From Paracoccaceae bacterium (lineage in GTDB: Bacteria; Pseudomonadota; Alphaproteobacteria; Rhodobacterales; Rhodobacteraceae), in the NCBI GenBank assembly GCA_041397305.1, contig JAWKWX010000004.1, forward strand, positions 94,429-158,428: DNA of 64,000 nucleotides, read 5' to 3'. The notes below the pieces were generated by a model. The model ran no database searches, was not told the origin of the DNA, and worked only from the letters and a program-made list of their open reading frames with translations. This document shows, piece after piece, positions 42,891 through 54,268 of this stretch (the stretch's first letter is position 1; every line of letters begins with the position of its first letter). Made by a program: the position numbers and the translations under genes.

Positions 42891-43325
42891 TCAGTGGGTT
42901 TTTGCGAAAGCGTCCGCCGTCGCTTCGAGAACCAGAAGGATCGACGCGTGGCGGTTGGCATAATCTCGGGCGGGCGTCAGCACTTCATAGCCGTCGAAGG
43001 GCGGGGCAGGGACAGGACCCATTTCCTTCAGCATCGCCTTCAGCTGATCGCGCGCCTGCAGCACCTCGGCCTCGCTCCGGCCGATCATCTGCGCCCCGGC
43101 GATCGCCGCCGAGGCCTGGCCGAGCGCACAGGCCTTCACATCCTGCCCGAAGCGGGCGATCCGCCCGTCCTCGAACCCGAGATCGACGGTGACGGTCGAA
43201 CCGCACAGCGGCGAGCGGCGCATGGCCGTCGCGTCGGGGTGGTCGAGGCGTTCGGCATGGGGGATATCCGCAGCCAGCGCCAGGATGCGCTGCGAATAGA
43301 GTTTGATGAGATCGGTTTCGCTCAT
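42891..43325 (-). CDS. Iron-sulfur cluster assembly scaffold, IscU/NifU N-terminal-like (SufU-type)
   Basis: 144 aa: [15 protein letters not shown]..., conserved Cys contexts [12 protein letters not shown] and [21 protein letters not shown]. Confidence 0.75.
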   Translation of the reverse strand: MSETDLIKLYSQRILALAADIPHAERLDHPDATAMRRSPLCGSTVTVDLGFEDGRIARFGQDVKACALGQASAAIAGAQMIGRSEAEVLQARDQLKAMLKEMGPVPAPPFDGYEVLTPARDYANRHASILLVLEATADAFAKTH

Positions 43326-43402
43326 GTGCCCCGCCCGAATTGCCGCGCCTGCGGATTCGCCCTAAAGATAGAGGCCGGTTCAGGGAAATCAACGAGACCA
43401 AG

Positions 43403-43765
43403 ATGCAATTTGACGCGAGCAACCTTCGCCTTGACGCGGCCGGGCTTGTGCCGGTGATCGCGCAGGACCATGCGTCGGGCGAGGTGCTGATGCTGGCCTG
43501 GATGAATGCCGACGCGGTGCGCCAGACGCTGGAAACCGGTCGCGTCACCTACTGGTCGCGCTCGCGCCAGAGCTTCTGGGTGAAGGGCGAGAGCTCCGGC
43601 CATGTGCAGAAGCTGGTCGAGCTGCGCGTCGATTGCGACCGCGACTGCCTTCTGGCCCTGGTCGAGCAGACTGGCCCGGCTTGCCATACCAACCGGCGGA
43701 CCTGCTTCTACACGGCGGTCAGGGCGGGCGAGGAAGTCGAGCTGATGGCGCCGGAGCGGGGGTGA
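43403..43765 (+). CDS. hisI: Phosphoribosyl-AMP cyclohydrolase
   Basis: 120 aa from MQFDASNL: [54 protein letters not shown]. Confidence 0.9.
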   Translation: MQFDASNLRLDAAGLVPVIAQDHASGEVLMLAWMNADAVRQTLETGRVTYWSRSRQSFWVKGESSGHVQKLVELRVDCDRDCLLALVEQTGPACHTNRRTCFYTAVRAGEEVELMAPERG

Positions 43766-43771
43766 ACCCGG

Positions 43772-44053
43772 TCAGTTGATATAGAATTCGCCCGTCACAT
43801 TCCGCCAGTCGCCGGGGCGGATCAGTTTGCGGTGGGTGAAGCGCACGGAATGGAGCGGCCCGTCGATCTTTTCCTGCCAGAATTCGATGAAGTGAAACAG
43901 TTCCGGATAGTCCGGCGCCAGATCATATTCCTGCCAGATGAAGCTGTTGAGTACATGGCGGTAGTCCGGCATCCGGTAGTAAAGCTCCGCCGTCGTCAGC
44001 CCATAGCCCTTGAGCATCAGTTCGGTCTCTGCCGTCGGTCCTGTTGCACGCAT
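43772..44053 (-). CDS. usg: Usg-family protein
   Basis: 93 aa from MRATGPTA behind GAAGGAGGG. LKGYGLTTAELYYRMPDYRHVLNSFIWQEYDLAPDYPELFHFIEFWQ is the Usg (PF06233-like) signature. Confidence 0.75.
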   Translation of the reverse strand: MRATGPTAETELMLKGYGLTTAELYYRMPDYRHVLNSFIWQEYDLAPDYPELFHFIEFWQEKIDGPLHSVRFTHRKLIRPGDWRNVTGEFYIN

Positions 44054-44243
44054 CCGACCCTCCTTCGCGCGCCCTCGTGGACTGGATAGTGCCACAAGGT
44101 TACTTTCCAATGAAATCAAAATCTTGGCAAGAATCCGGCGGGATGGTGTGGTGCCCGCTGTACCGCGCCTTGCACCCTACAGATGGGATGAAGTATAGTG
44201 CGGGACAACAAGATCTAGACAAGAAGAAAGCCTGGGCAGTCAC

Positions 44244-46970
44244 GTGACCGACGAACCGGAAGTTCCTGAAAACGCAGAAGATTCTCATCCCCGCATGTTC
44301 CATGCCGGGCCCTCGGTCGCGATCGAGGAGGAGATGAAGACCGCCTATCTCGATTATGCGATGAGCGTGATCGTGAGCCGCGCCATCCCCGATCTGCGCG
44401 ACGGGCTGAAACCGGTGCACCGCCGCATCCTTTACGCGATGTACGAAACCGGCAACACGCACGACAAACCCTACCGCAAGTCGGCGCGCCCGGTGGGCGA
44501 CGTGATGGGGAAATACCACCCGCACGGCGATGCGGCGATCTATGACGCGCTTGTGCGCATGGCGCAGGATTTTTCCATGTCCGTGCCGCTTCTGGACGGG
44601 CAGGGCAACTTCGGTTCCATGGACGGCGACAATGCTGCCGCCATGCGCTACACCGAGGTTCGGATGGAAAAGGTCGCGGCCGCGCTTCTCGACGATATCG
44701 AGAAGGAGACGGTCGACTTCCAGGACAATTACGACGGCAAGGACAAGGAGCCGACCGTCCTTCCGGCCCGTTTCCCGAACATGCTTGTCAATGGCGCGGG
44801 CGGGATCGCCGTCGGCATGGCGACGAACATCCCCCCCCACAATCTCGGCGAGGTGATCGACGGCACGCTCGCGCTGATCGAAGACCCGGACCTGTCGATG
44901 GAAGCGCTGATGGAGATCATCCCGGCGCCGGATTTCCCGACGGGCGGGCTGATTCTCGGCCGGTCGGGCGCGCGGAAGGCCTATCTGGAGGGGCGCGGTT
45001 CGGTCATCATCCGCGCCAAGACCCGGGTAGAGGAGCTGAGGAAGGACCGCTTCGCCATCGTTGTCGACGAAATACCCTATCAGGTGAACAAGGCGACGAT
45101 GATCGAGAAGATCGCGGAGCTTGTGCGCGACAAGAGGATCGAAGGCATCGCCCATGTCCAGGACGAAAGCGACCGGGTCGGCGTGCGCGTCGTCATCGAG
45201 CTGAAGCGCGACGCGACGGCCGAAGTGGTGCTGAACCAGCTCTTCCGTTTCACGCCCTTGCAGACCTCGTTCGGCTGCAACATGCTTGCACTGAACGGCG
45301 GGCGGCCGGAACAGCTTACGCTTAGGGATTTTCTCACCAATTTCATCGGTTTCCGCGAGGAAGTTGTTGCACGTCGCACCGCGTTCGAACTGAGAAAGGC
45401 GAGGGAGCGCAGCCATGTCCTGTGTGGTCTGGCCGTGGCAGTGTCGAACGTCGATGAGGTGGTGGCAACGATCCGTGCCTCGGCCACGCCCGCCGATGCG
45501 CGCGACAGGCTGATGACCCGGCGCTGGCCCGCCCATGAGATCGTCGAATATATCCGGCTGATCGACGATCCGACCCATCCGGTCAATGATGATGGTACCT
45601 ACAACCTGTCCGAACGGCAGGCCCGTGCCATCCTCGACCTTCAGCTGCAGCGTCTGACGCAACTCGGCGTCAAGACGATCACCGACGAACTTGAGGAGCT
45701 GGCCGCGAAGATCAAGGATTACCTCTCCATCCTCGGGTCGCGCGACCGGATCATGGAAATCATCTCGACCGAGCTGCGCGATGTGCGCACCGCCTTCGCC
45801 CAGCCGCGCCGGACCGAGATCGTCGACTGGGCAGGCGATCTGGACGACGAGGATCTGATCGAGCGCGAGGACATGGTCGTGACCATCACCTCGGGCGGTT
45901 ACATCAAGCGCACGCCGCTTGCGGAATTCCGCGCGCAGCGCCGGGGTGGCAAGGGCCTTTCGTCGATGCAGACCAAGGAAGACGATGTGGTCACGACGCT
46001 TTTCGTGGCGAACACCCATACCCAGCTTCTGTTCTTCACCACCGACGGCATGGTCTACAAGCTGAAGACCTGGCGCCTGCCGCTCGCGGGGCGCAATGCC
46101 AAGGGCAAGGCGATCGTCAATATCCTGCCGATCGATCAGGGCGTGACCATCGCCGCGCTGATGCCGGTGGACGTGCCCGAAGAGGAATGGGACGATCTGC
46201 AGATCTTCTTCGCCACCTCCGAGGGCGATGTGCGCCGGAATGCCCTGTCGGACTTCACCAACGTGATGCGCAACGGCAAGATCGCGATGAAGCTGCCTGA
46301 AGGCGTGAGCCTCGTGAACGCGCGCATCTGCGACGAGAACGACGATGTGATGCTTGTGACCGAGATGGGCCGCGCGATCCGCTTCCCGACGACCGAGGTG
46401 CGGGTGTTCAAGGGGCGCGATTCGACCGGCGTGCGCGGCATCCGGCTGGCGGCCGGCGATAGCGTGGTGTCGATGTCAGTGATCCGCCATTTCGAAGCCG
46501 ATCCGGCCGAACGCGCCGCCTATCTGAAGCAGCGCCGCCTGATGGAAGGGGCGCTGGAGGACGAGGTCGAGGATGACGAGGACGAGGCGGTCGAGGGTGG
46601 CCAGCTTTCGCCCGAACGCTATGCCGAAATGTCGGCGGCCGAGGATCTGATCCTGACCGTCACGGCCTCTGGCCTCGGCAAGCTGACCTCCTCGCACGAT
46701 TATCCGGTGCGCGGTCGCGGCGGCCAGGGCGTGAAGGCCATCAGCCAGGGTTCGCGTGGTGGGCGGCTGATCGCCTGCTTCCCGGTCGAGGGCGGCGATC
46801 AGGTGATGCTCGCCACCTCGACCGGCCAGTCGATCCGCTGCCCGGTCGACGGCATCTCCTTCCGGTCGCGTTCGGCGGGCGGGGTGAAGGTCTTTGACAC
46901 CGGTGCCGACGAGGAAGTGGTCTCGGTCGCCCGTGTTGCGGCCGAGGGTGCGGAGGAAGAGGCGGAGTGA
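44244..46970 (+). CDS. gyrA: DNA gyrase subunit A
   Basis: 908 aa. Active-site Tyr context [14 protein letters not shown]-like region HPHGD, C-terminal beta-pinwheel repeats. GTG start. Confidence 0.97.
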   Translation: MTDEPEVPENAEDSHPRMFHAGPSVAIEEEMKTAYLDYAMSVIVSRAIPDLRDGLKPVHRRILYAMYETGNTHDKPYRKSARPVGDVMGKYHPHGDAAIYDALVRMAQDFSMSVPLLDGQGNFGSMDGDNAAAMRYTEVRMEKVAAALLDDIEKETVDFQDNYDGKDKEPTVLPARFPNMLVNGAGGIAVGMATNIPPHNLGEVIDGTLALIEDPDLSMEALMEIIPAPDFPTGGLILGRSGARKAYLEGRGSVIIRAKTRVEELRKDRFAIVVDEIPYQVNKATMIEKIAELVRDKRIEGIAHVQDESDRVGVRVVIELKRDATAEVVLNQLFRFTPLQTSFGCNMLALNGGRPEQLTLRDFLTNFIGFREEVVARRTAFELRKARERSHVLCGLAVAVSNVDEVVATIRASATPADARDRLMTRRWPAHEIVEYIRLIDDPTHPVNDDGTYNLSERQARAILDLQLQRLTQLGVKTITDELEELAAKIKDYLSILGSRDRIMEIISTELRDVRTAFAQPRRTEIVDWAGDLDDEDLIEREDMVVTITSGGYIKRTPLAEFRAQRRGGKGLSSMQTKEDDVVTTLFVANTHTQLLFFTTDGMVYKLKTWRLPLAGRNAKGKAIVNILPIDQGVTIAALMPVDVPEEEWDDLQIFFATSEGDVRRNALSDFTNVMRNGKIAMKLPEGVSLVNARICDENDDVMLVTEMGRAIRFPTTEVRVFKGRDSTGVRGIRLAAGDSVVSMSVIRHFEADPAERAAYLKQRRLMEGALEDEVEDDEDEAVEGGQLSPERYAEMSAAEDLILTVTASGLGKLTSSHDYPVRGRGGQGVKAISQGSRGGRLIACFPVEGGDQVMLATSTGQSIRCPVDGISFRSRSAGGVKVFDTGADEEVVSVARVAAEGAEEEAE

Positions 46971-47118
46971 TCCGCCATCTTCCGCCCGAGTGCCGGTCAT
47001 GAAGACAAGCCGATTTTGACACATTCTTAACCTACTGCCGCCAGACTCCCCTTCAAGACTGGGCATGTCGGGCGGTGGTCTTGGGAAGGGCACCGTCCCC
47101 GGATACAAGGGGAAGGTC

Positions 47119-47322
47119 ATGGCATATACCGATCTCGCGGGTCGCATCGGCGAAACCAAACGGGAAGAAGGCGCACTGCGCCGGTTCCTGGCGACGTTCT
47201 TCGCGGCGCGGTCCGAACGGACGGCGACCGGGCCGGCGCCGCGCAAGCTCGCAGGGCCCGTGCCCGGCGATATCCGCGCCCGCGGCTATCTCGACGATCT
47301 CGACATCGAAGTCGGGTTCTGA
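47119..47322 (+). CDS. Hypothetical small protein, 67 aa (MAYTDLAGRIGETKREEGALRRFLATFFAARS...)
   Basis: Internal start of ORF 47065..47322 behind GGGGAAGG. High GC3 in this frame. I recognise no family. Confidence 0.4.
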   Translation: MAYTDLAGRIGETKREEGALRRFLATFFAARSERTATGPAPRKLAGPVPGDIRARGYLDDLDIEVGF

Positions 47323-47360
47323 GGCTTTTCTTCCCGTCCCTCATGGTCTAATCCGCGCGC

Positions 47361-48692
47361 ATGGACGCGCAACTCAACATCGTCGGCGGCGGCATGGCCG
47401 GTTCCGAGGCCGCCTGGCAGGCCGCCAACATGGGGCTCCGGGTCTGCATTCATGAGATGCGCCCGAAGGTCGGCACCTTCGCCCATCGCACCGGCCATTT
47501 CGCCGAGATGGTCTGTTCCAATTCCTTCCGCTCCGACGATGACGAACGCAATGCGGTCGGGCTTCTGCATTGGGAAATGCGCGCGGCGGGCGGGCTGATC
47601 ATGGACATGGCCACCCGCCACCGGTTGCCCGCGGGCGGCGCGCTGGCGGTAGATCGCGATCCTTTCGCCGAAAGCGTGACGGAGGAATTGCGATCGCATC
47701 CAAACATTTCCGTTTCAGAAGAGGAAGTTACGGAACTGCCCTCGGACGGTTCCTGGATCATCGCCACCGGCCCGCTGACCTCGTCCCGCCTGGGCGAGGC
47801 GATCCGGGCCGAGACGGGCGCCGACGCGCTTGCCTTCTTCGATGCCATCGCGCCCATCGTCTATGCCGACACGGTCGACATGTCGGTCGCCTGGATGCAG
47901 TCGCGCTACGACAAGGGCGAGACCATCGAGGAACAGACTGCCTACATGAACTGCCCGATGGACCGCGACCAGTACGAGGCCTTCATCGACGCGCTGCTTG
48001 CCGCCGACAAGGCCGAGTTTCGCGAGGGCGAGACGGCGGGCTATTTCGACGGCTGCCTGCCGATCGAGGTGATGGCCGAGCGCGGGCGCGAAACGTTGCG
48101 GCACGGGCCGATGAAGCCGGTGGGGCTGACCAATGCCCACCGGCCCGAAACGAAGCCCTATGCCGTCGTGCAGCTTCGCCGCGACAATGCCCTGGGGACG
48201 CTCTACAATATCGTGGGCTTTCAGACCAAGATGAAGTACGGCGCGCAAGTGGATGTTTTCCGAAAGATTCCGGCCCTGGAGAATGCCTCCTTCGCCCGCC
48301 TCGGTGGCATCCATCGCAATACGTTCATCAACTCGCCGACCCTTCTCGATGACCGGATGAGGTTGAAATCCCGGCCGAACATCCGTTTCGCGGGCCAGAT
48401 CACCGGCGTCGAGGGTTATGTCGAAAGCGCCGCCATGGGCCTGCTCGCGGGCCGGATGGCGGCAGCCGAGATTCTGGGGCGGAACCTCGCCCCGCCGCCG
48501 CCGGAGACCGCGACGGGATCGCTCATCCATCACATCACCGGCGGGGCGGAGGCAAAGACCTTCCAGCCGATGAACGTGAATTTCGGCCTCTTCCCGCCCA
48601 TCGACGCCAGGGGTGGCCGCAAGGGCCGCAAGGACCGCTACAAGGCCTATACCGACCGGGCGAAGGCGGCCTTCACCGAATGGCTGTCGTAA
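47361..48692 (+). CDS. trmFO: Methylenetetrahydrofolate--tRNA-(uracil-5)-methyltransferase TrmFO
   Basis: 443 aa: FAD motif [14 protein letters not shown] and a Gid/TrmFO family body. Confidence 0.95.
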   Translation: MDAQLNIVGGGMAGSEAAWQAANMGLRVCIHEMRPKVGTFAHRTGHFAEMVCSNSFRSDDDERNAVGLLHWEMRAAGGLIMDMATRHRLPAGGALAVDRDPFAESVTEELRSHPNISVSEEEVTELPSDGSWIIATGPLTSSRLGEAIRAETGADALAFFDAIAPIVYADTVDMSVAWMQSRYDKGETIEEQTAYMNCPMDRDQYEAFIDALLAADKAEFREGETAGYFDGCLPIEVMAERGRETLRHGPMKPVGLTNAHRPETKPYAVVQLRRDNALGTLYNIVGFQTKMKYGAQVDVFRKIPALENASFARLGGIHRNTFINSPTLLDDRMRLKSRPNIRFAGQITGVEGYVESAAMGLLAGRMAAAEILGRNLAPPPPETATGSLIHHITGGAEAKTFQPMNVNFGLFPPIDARGGRKGRKDRYKAYTDRAKAAFTEWLS

Positions 48693-49534
48693 CCCGCTTC
48701 GCGCCGTCGCCCACGGGGCCCCTGCACCTCGGCCATGCCTATTCCGCGATCCTCGCCCATGACATGGCGCGGGCAACGGGCGGGCGGTTCCTCTTGCGGA
48801 TCGAGGATATAGACCGCTCGCGCGCGCGCCCCGGGTGGGAGCAGGCGATCTACGATGATCTCGCCTGGCTCGGGCTGTCATGGGAAGGGCCGGTGGCGCG
48901 GCAATCCGACCGGCTTCCTCTTTATCACGATGCGCTCGCCCGGCTATGGGCGGCGGGTCTTCTTTATGAATGTACCTGTTCGCGGCGCGACATCGAGGAG
49001 GCCGCAAGCGCGCCGCAGGAGGGTGCCGTGCCGCGCCTTGGTCCGGACGGGCCGATCTATCCAGGCATCTGCCGGAACCATCCGCGTGGCGGTGATCTGC
49101 CAACGGGCGCGCTGCGCCTCGATATGGCGCGCGCCGCGGCGGCGCCGGTCATCTTTCGTGAGGAAGGTGGCGGACCGGCCGGAGAAAGCGGCACGATCCT
49201 TGTCGCCCCCGGCGATCTGGTGGAGAAGGTCGGCGACGTGGTGCTTGCCCGGCGCGACATGGGCACATCCTACCACCTGTCGGTCGTGGTCGACGATGCG
49301 GCGCAGGGCATCACCCATGTGACGCGCGGCGAGGATCTGTTCGAGGCGACGGCGATCCATGCGCTCCTGCAGCGCCTTCTCGGCCTGCCGACGCCCACCT
49401 ATCACCACCATCGCCTGATCCGCGACGAGGCTGGCAAGCGCCTTGCCAAGCGCGACGATGCCCGCGCGATACGCAAATACCGTGAGGAGGGCGCGGCACC
49501 CGCCGACATACGGCGGATGGTCGGCCTCTCCTGA
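48680..49534 (+). CDS. gluQ: Glutamyl-Q tRNA(Asp) synthetase
   Basis: 284 aa truncated GluRS paralogue: [15 protein letters not shown] (HIGH), Zn-binding C.C...Y.C context, KRLAKRD (KMSKS-like). Confidence 0.9.
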   Translation: MAVVTRFAPSPTGPLHLGHAYSAILAHDMARATGGRFLLRIEDIDRSRARPGWEQAIYDDLAWLGLSWEGPVARQSDRLPLYHDALARLWAAGLLYECTCSRRDIEEAASAPQEGAVPRLGPDGPIYPGICRNHPRGGDLPTGALRLDMARAAAAPVIFREEGGGPAGESGTILVAPGDLVEKVGDVVLARRDMGTSYHLSVVVDDAAQGITHVTRGEDLFEATAIHALLQRLLGLPTPTYHHHRLIRDEAGKRLAKRDDARAIRKYREEGAAPADIRRMVGLS

Positions 49535-49550
49535 CCCGGGCTGCCGCGCT

Positions 49551-50618
49551 TCAGGCGGCCTGGGCCGCCTTCTTGCGCAGGAGCATCCCGAACAGATCGC
49601 GCGGATCGTCCGGGTCGGCGATCATGTCGAGGTCTTCGCTGAACTTCAGCGACTTCGGCAGCGCCGTCAGCTGACCGAGCACATAGCGCAGCGCCGAGAA
49701 ATCCTCGATCGCGAAGCCGACGGAATCGAAAAGCGTGATCGCGCGGCTGTCTTCGCGGCCCCTGATCGCGCCGGTCATCACCTGCCACAGTTCCTTGACC
49801 GGATAGTCCGGGACCAACTGCTGGATCTCGCCCTCGATCCGGGTCTGGGGCGGATATTCCACGAAAATATCGGATCTTAGCAGGATATCCTTATGCAGCT
49901 CTGTCTTGCCGGGGCAGTCGCCGCCCACCGCGTTGATATGAACGCCCGAGCCGACCATATTGTCGGTCAGGATCGTCGCATATTGCTTGTCGGCGGTGAC
50001 GGTGGTGATGATCTCTGCCCCGAGGATCGCCTCTTCGGCTGTCTTGCAGGATACGACCTTCAGGCCCGATCCGGCGAGGTTCGCCGCGCATTTCCGCGTC
50101 GCGGCCGGGTCGATGTCATAGAGGCGGACTTCGCCGATCCCGCAGATGGCCCGGAAGGCCAGCGCCTGGAATTCCGCCTGCGCGCCATTGCCGATCAGCG
50201 CCATCGCGGACGAGCCTTCGGGCGCCAACCATTTGGCGGCGAGCGCCGACATGGCGGCCGTGCGCAGGGCGGTCAGGATCGTCATCTCGGTCAGAAGCAC
50301 CGGGTAGCCGGTGTTCACATCCGCCAGAAGCCCGAAGGCGGTGACGGTCTGCAGGCCTTCCTTCATGTTCTTCGGGTGGCCGTTCACATATTTGAACCCG
50401 TACATCTCGCCATCCGAGGTCGGCATCAGTTCGATCACGCCGACATCGGAATGGGAGGCGATGCGCGGGGTCTTGTCGAAGAGCGGCCATCGGCGGAAGT
50501 CGGCCTCGATCTCGGCGGCCAGGTCGGTCAGAACGCGCTCGATCCCGACGTGAAGAACGAGGCGCATCATATTGTCGACGCTGACAAACGGTACGAGGTT
50601 CAGGTTCTGCTTCATCAT
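49551..50618 (-). CDS. ocd: Ornithine cyclodeaminase
   Basis: 355 aa OCD/mu-crystallin family with Rossmann motif LIGNGAQAEFQ. Immediately downstream of arginase, as in rhizobial arc/ocd operons. Confidence 0.9.
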   Translation of the reverse strand: MMKQNLNLVPFVSVDNMMRLVLHVGIERVLTDLAAEIEADFRRWPLFDKTPRIASHSDVGVIELMPTSDGEMYGFKYVNGHPKNMKEGLQTVTAFGLLADVNTGYPVLLTEMTILTALRTAAMSALAAKWLAPEGSSAMALIGNGAQAEFQALAFRAICGIGEVRLYDIDPAATRKCAANLAGSGLKVVSCKTAEEAILGAEIITTVTADKQYATILTDNMVGSGVHINAVGGDCPGKTELHKDILLRSDIFVEYPPQTRIEGEIQQLVPDYPVKELWQVMTGAIRGREDSRAITLFDSVGFAIEDFSALRYVLGQLTALPKSLKFSEDLDMIADPDDPRDLFGMLLRKKAAQAA

Positions 50619-50619
50619 C

Positions 50620-51543
50620 TCAGTAGCTCCGTGTCGGCCGGTCGAAGACCTTGCGGCCCATGAGGGAACCGACGAGTTCGACCATCAGCTTCGCCGTCCG
50701 CCCACGGTCGTCGAGGAAGGGATTCAGCTCGACAAGATCGAGCGAGGTGACGAGGCCGCTTTCATGCAGAAGCTCCATCACCAGATGCGCCTCGCGGAAG
50801 GTCGTGCCGCCCGGAACCGTGGTGCCGACGGCAGGCGCGATCGAGGGATCGAGGAAGTCGACGTCGAGCGAGACATGAAGCAGGCCGTTTTCGGCCCGAA
50901 CCCGCTCCAGGAACTCACGCAAGGGGGCGACGATGCCGCGTTCATCAAGCGCCCGCATGTCGCAGACCACCATGTCGCTTTTCAGAAGCGCGGCATGTTC
51001 GGCCGGATCGACAGAACGGATGCCGTAAAGGCAGATGCGGTCCTCGGGCACCGGAGCGGGGAAGGGCGGGAAGGCGTCGAACCCGCCATGGCCGGCGATA
51101 TAGGCCACCGGCGTGCCGTGCAGGTTGCCGGACTGGGTGGTGAGCGGGGTGTGGATGTCGGAATGGGCGTCGAGCCAGAGCACGAACAGGGGGCGGTCGG
51201 CAGCCCGCGCATGCCGCGCCGCGCCCGAGACCGACCCGAGCGCCAGCGAATGGTCGCCGCCCATGAGGATCGGGAACCCCCCGGCCGCCAGAGCCTCTTC
51301 GGTGCGGTCCCCAAGGGCCACCGTCCAGCCCACCGTTTCGGCAAGCGAATGGACGGCGGGGTTCGGGCAGGAGACGGGCGCCAGAACCGGCAGCGCGACA
51401 TCGCCCCAGTCGGCGACCTTGTGGCCGAGGTCAGTGATCGAGGGGCCAAGCCCCGCGACCCGGTAGGCGGCCGGGCCCATCAGGCAGCCCGCTCGTTTCT
51501 GGCCGCTGTCGATGGGCGCGCCGATCAAAATGCAGTTCTTCAT
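50620..51543 (-). CDS. rocF: Arginase
   Basis: 307 aa ureohydrolase with Mn-binding motifs GGDHSLA, DAHSDIH, SLDVDFLDP. Confidence 0.9.
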   Translation of the reverse strand: MKNCILIGAPIDSGQKRAGCLMGPAAYRVAGLGPSITDLGHKVADWGDVALPVLAPVSCPNPAVHSLAETVGWTVALGDRTEEALAAGGFPILMGGDHSLALGSVSGAARHARAADRPLFVLWLDAHSDIHTPLTTQSGNLHGTPVAYIAGHGGFDAFPPFPAPVPEDRICLYGIRSVDPAEHAALLKSDMVVCDMRALDERGIVAPLREFLERVRAENGLLHVSLDVDFLDPSIAPAVGTTVPGGTTFREAHLVMELLHESGLVTSLDLVELNPFLDDRGRTAKLMVELVGSLMGRKVFDRPTRSY

Positions 51544-51646
51544 GGTCCGTCCTTGGTCGTTTCCGCCATGATGCCGCCCTCTTGCGTAAGCCTGAAAGCG
51601 AATTATTGTCGGATTGCGCGAAGCTTTGTTCGAAATGGCGGAAAGA

Positions 51647-52087
51647 ATGACCGATTTGGACGATACCGATCAGCGGCTTGTGGCGGAGCTGAGGCGCGAC
51701 GGTCGCGCGGCCCTGTCGGACCTCGCCGACCGTCTCGGGCTGGCGCGTGCGACGGTGCGGGCGCGGCTGGAACGGCTGCAGGCGCGCGGCGAGATCGTCG
51801 GGTTCACCGTGCTGACCCGCGGCGATGTCAGCGCCTCTCCCGTGCGGGGTCTGATGATGATCGCGATCGAGGGCCGCGGCCAGGAACGGATCACGGCCCG
51901 GATCCTCGGCTTGCCCGAGGTGCAGGCGGTCCATTCGACCAATGGTCGCTGGGACCTCGTGTGCGAACTGGGGACGCGCACGCTGGAGGAGCTGGACGCG
52001 CTGATCCTCAAGGTGCGCGGCTATGAAGGCGTGCTGGCGAGCGAGACCAACCTGCTTCTGTCCACCAGGCGGCCGGGCCGCCGCTAG
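51647..52087 (+). CDS. Lrp/AsnC-family transcriptional regulator (divergent from arginase-ocd)
   Basis: MTDLDDTDQRLVAELRRDGRAALSDLADRLGLARATVRARLERL HTH plus an RAM/AsnC_trans_reg domain. Start ambiguous (TTG 51614, ATG 51635 or ATG 51647). Confidence 0.85.
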   Translation: MTDLDDTDQRLVAELRRDGRAALSDLADRLGLARATVRARLERLQARGEIVGFTVLTRGDVSASPVRGLMMIAIEGRGQERITARILGLPEVQAVHSTNGRWDLVCELGTRTLEELDALILKVRGYEGVLASETNLLLSTRRPGRR

Positions 52088-52548
52088 CCGCGCCGCGTGG
52101 CCGCCCAGACCCAGATGGCCGCGAGGCCGAGGGAAAAGAGCGCGTTCCAGGAGGCCATCGACAGTCCGAAAAGCGACCAGGCCACTTCGTCGCAGCGGAT
52201 CAGCGGCGCGTTGAGGATCTGGTTCATCAGATCGTCGGCCGACAGGCCGCCGACATCGCCCGAGGTGCAGGTGGTGGGCCCGAGCCAGAACCCGCGCTCC
52301 ACCCCGGTGTGATAGAGGCCGACCCCGGCGGTCGCGAGGGCGCCGAGCGCGCCGAGCCAGGCAAGGCCCGCGCGCCGGGTCGCGAGGCACAGGGCGCCGA
52401 TCACGATCGCCGCGGCATGCGGCCAGCGCTGCCAGAGGCAGAGCTTGCAGGGCGCATAACCGAAGGCCTGGAAGATGAAGGCCCCCGCGAGAAGCGCAAG
52501 CGAGCCCCCGGCGGCGACAAGGATGGCGGTTCGTTGCTGGGATGTCAT
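52084..52548 (-). CDS. dsbB: Disulfide bond formation protein DsbB family
   Basis: 154 aa, 4 TM helices. First-loop CxxC motif APCKLCLWQRWPH and a second Cys pair (TCTS...RCDE). Confidence 0.8.
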   Translation of the reverse strand: MTSQQRTAILVAAGGSLALLAGAFIFQAFGYAPCKLCLWQRWPHAAAIVIGALCLATRRAGLAWLGALGALATAGVGLYHTGVERGFWLGPTTCTSGDVGGLSADDLMNQILNAPLIRCDEVAWSLFGLSMASWNALFSLGLAAIWVWAATRRG

Positions 52549-53135
52549 AGGGTCTTGAGCCCGAAATAGAGAAGGACGAGAAGGCCGATCACGACGGCGA
52601 CGATCAGCATCAGCCGACGTTCGATGAAGGCGAGGATCGGCTCGCCGTAGCGCCGCAGGAGCCAGGCGAGCGCATAGAAGCGCCCGCCGCGCGCCACGAT
52701 GGCCGACAGGATGAACAGCGGCAGGCTGAAGCCGACAACACCCGAAAGGATTGTCACCACCTTCATCGGCGGCAGGTGGGCGAGGCCGGAGGTGATGAGA
52801 AGCACGAGGATCAGCCAGGTCGACCCCGCCACATCGGCGCGCATCGCCTCGAACGCATCAAGCTTGTGGTAGAATTCCAGAACAGGCCGGGCGAGCCATT
52901 CGAAGGCGAAATGGCCGATGAACCAGCCGAAGATCCCGCCCAGGACGGAGGTCACGCTCGCGATGAAGGCAAGCCGCATCGCCCGGTCGGGCCGGGCGGC
53001 GCACATCGGGATGAAAAGCACATCCGCCGGGATCGGAAAGACCGAGCTTTCGACGAAGGAGATGGTGCCAAGCGCCGTGGTCGCATGCCGTGACCGAGCC
53101 CAGGCCAGCGTCCAGTCATAGAGTTGTCGGAACAT
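52545..53135 (-). CDS. YqaA/DedA-like inner membrane protein
   Basis: 196 aa. ...ISFVESSVFPIPADVLFIPM... is typical of the SNARE-associated/YqaA family. Confidence 0.7.
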   Translation of the reverse strand: MFRQLYDWTLAWARSRHATTALGTISFVESSVFPIPADVLFIPMCAARPDRAMRLAFIASVTSVLGGIFGWFIGHFAFEWLARPVLEFYHKLDAFEAMRADVAGSTWLILVLLITSGLAHLPPMKVVTILSGVVGFSLPLFILSAIVARGGRFYALAWLLRRYGEPILAFIERRLMLIVAVVIGLLVLLYFGLKTL

Positions 53136-53275
53136 GTGGCCTCTGGTTTGCGTCGGGCGCCATAGGCCATGGTGCGGCGCCCCCCGTCAAGAGGCAGGGC
53201 TTTCGCCGCCGCCCCCGGTCGGATAAACTTTCCGCCAGCACCTGCAGGTGGGGCGGTTCAGTCGGGGGATTGGTG

Positions 53276-54130
53276 ATGAAGTGGCAGGGTCGGCGCGGCA
53301 GCGACAATATCGAGGATCGGCGGCGCATGTCGGCCGGCGGCGCCATAGGGGGCGGCGGGCTTGGACTGGTGGTTGTGGCGCTTCTGGTCTGGGCACTCGG
53401 CGGCGATCCGATGGCGGTTCTGCAGCAGGGGCTGGGTGCGCAGCAGATCGGCGGTACCGGCGGTGGCGAAGTCACCGAAGCCGATCAGCGGGCCGCCGAG
53501 TTCGTTTCGGTCACGCTTGCCGATACCGAGGCGATCTGGGGGCAAATCTTCGAACAGGAGCTGGGCCGCGCCTATCAGCCGGTGACCTTGGTGCTGTTCA
53601 AGGGCGGCACCCAGTCGGGCTGCGGCGGCGCCACGGCGATGACCGGGCCGTTCTACTGTCCGATCGACAAGAAGGTCTATCTCGACACCGATTTCTTCGC
53701 GACGCTTTCCCAGCGGCTTGGCGCCAAGGGCGATTTCGCCGCCGCCTATGTCGTCGCCCACGAAATCGGCCATGCGGTGCAGGATCAGCTCGGCATTCTC
53801 GAGAAGACCACGCAGATCCGCCAGCAGTCGAGCGAGGCCGACAGCAACGCGATTTCGGTGCGGGTCGAGTTGCAGGCCGACTGCTTCTCGGGCGTCTGGG
53901 CGCGATATGCAGCCGATCAGCTTGGCACGCTGGAACAGGGCGATATCCAGGAGGCGGTGGATGCCGCGGCCCGGATCGGCGACGATACGTTGCAAAGAAG
54001 CGCGGGCCAGCGCCCGATGCCCGACAGCTTTACCCACGGCACATCGGACCAGCGCCAGAAATGGCTCGCGACCGGCTATAAGCAGGGTACGATACGGGCC
54101 TGCGATACATTTTCGGCAAGCTCGCTCTGA
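53276..54130 (+). CDS. YpfJ-family putative neutral zinc metallopeptidase
   Basis: Start MKWQGRRGSDNIEDRR (typical YpfJ N-terminus), one TM helix, HEIGHAVQ zinc motif. The ORF-track N-terminal extension is spurious. Confidence 0.85.
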   Translation: MKWQGRRGSDNIEDRRRMSAGGAIGGGGLGLVVVALLVWALGGDPMAVLQQGLGAQQIGGTGGGEVTEADQRAAEFVSVTLADTEAIWGQIFEQELGRAYQPVTLVLFKGGTQSGCGGATAMTGPFYCPIDKKVYLDTDFFATLSQRLGAKGDFAAAYVVAHEIGHAVQDQLGILEKTTQIRQQSSEADSNAISVRVELQADCFSGVWARYAADQLGTLEQGDIQEAVDAAARIGDDTLQRSAGQRPMPDSFTHGTSDQRQKWLATGYKQGTIRACDTFSASSL

Positions 54131-54184
54131 GCCCGGAATGACGCTTGAAAGCGTGACCAGGGGCGGCTAAGGGTCTTGGCGGTG

Positions 54185-54268
54185 GCCCGAGTGGCGGAAT
54201 GGTAGACGCAGCGGATTCAAAATCCGTCGCCGCAAGGTATGCGAGTTCGAGTCTCGCCTCGGGCACCA
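54185..54268 (+). tRNA. tRNA-Leu (anticodon CAA)
   Basis: Acceptor stem GCCCGAG/CTCGGGC + ACCA. D arm GCGGAATGGTAGACGC. Anticodon loop TT-CAA-AA. Long variable arm. T arm GCGAG-TTCGAGT-CTCGC. Confidence 0.9.
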
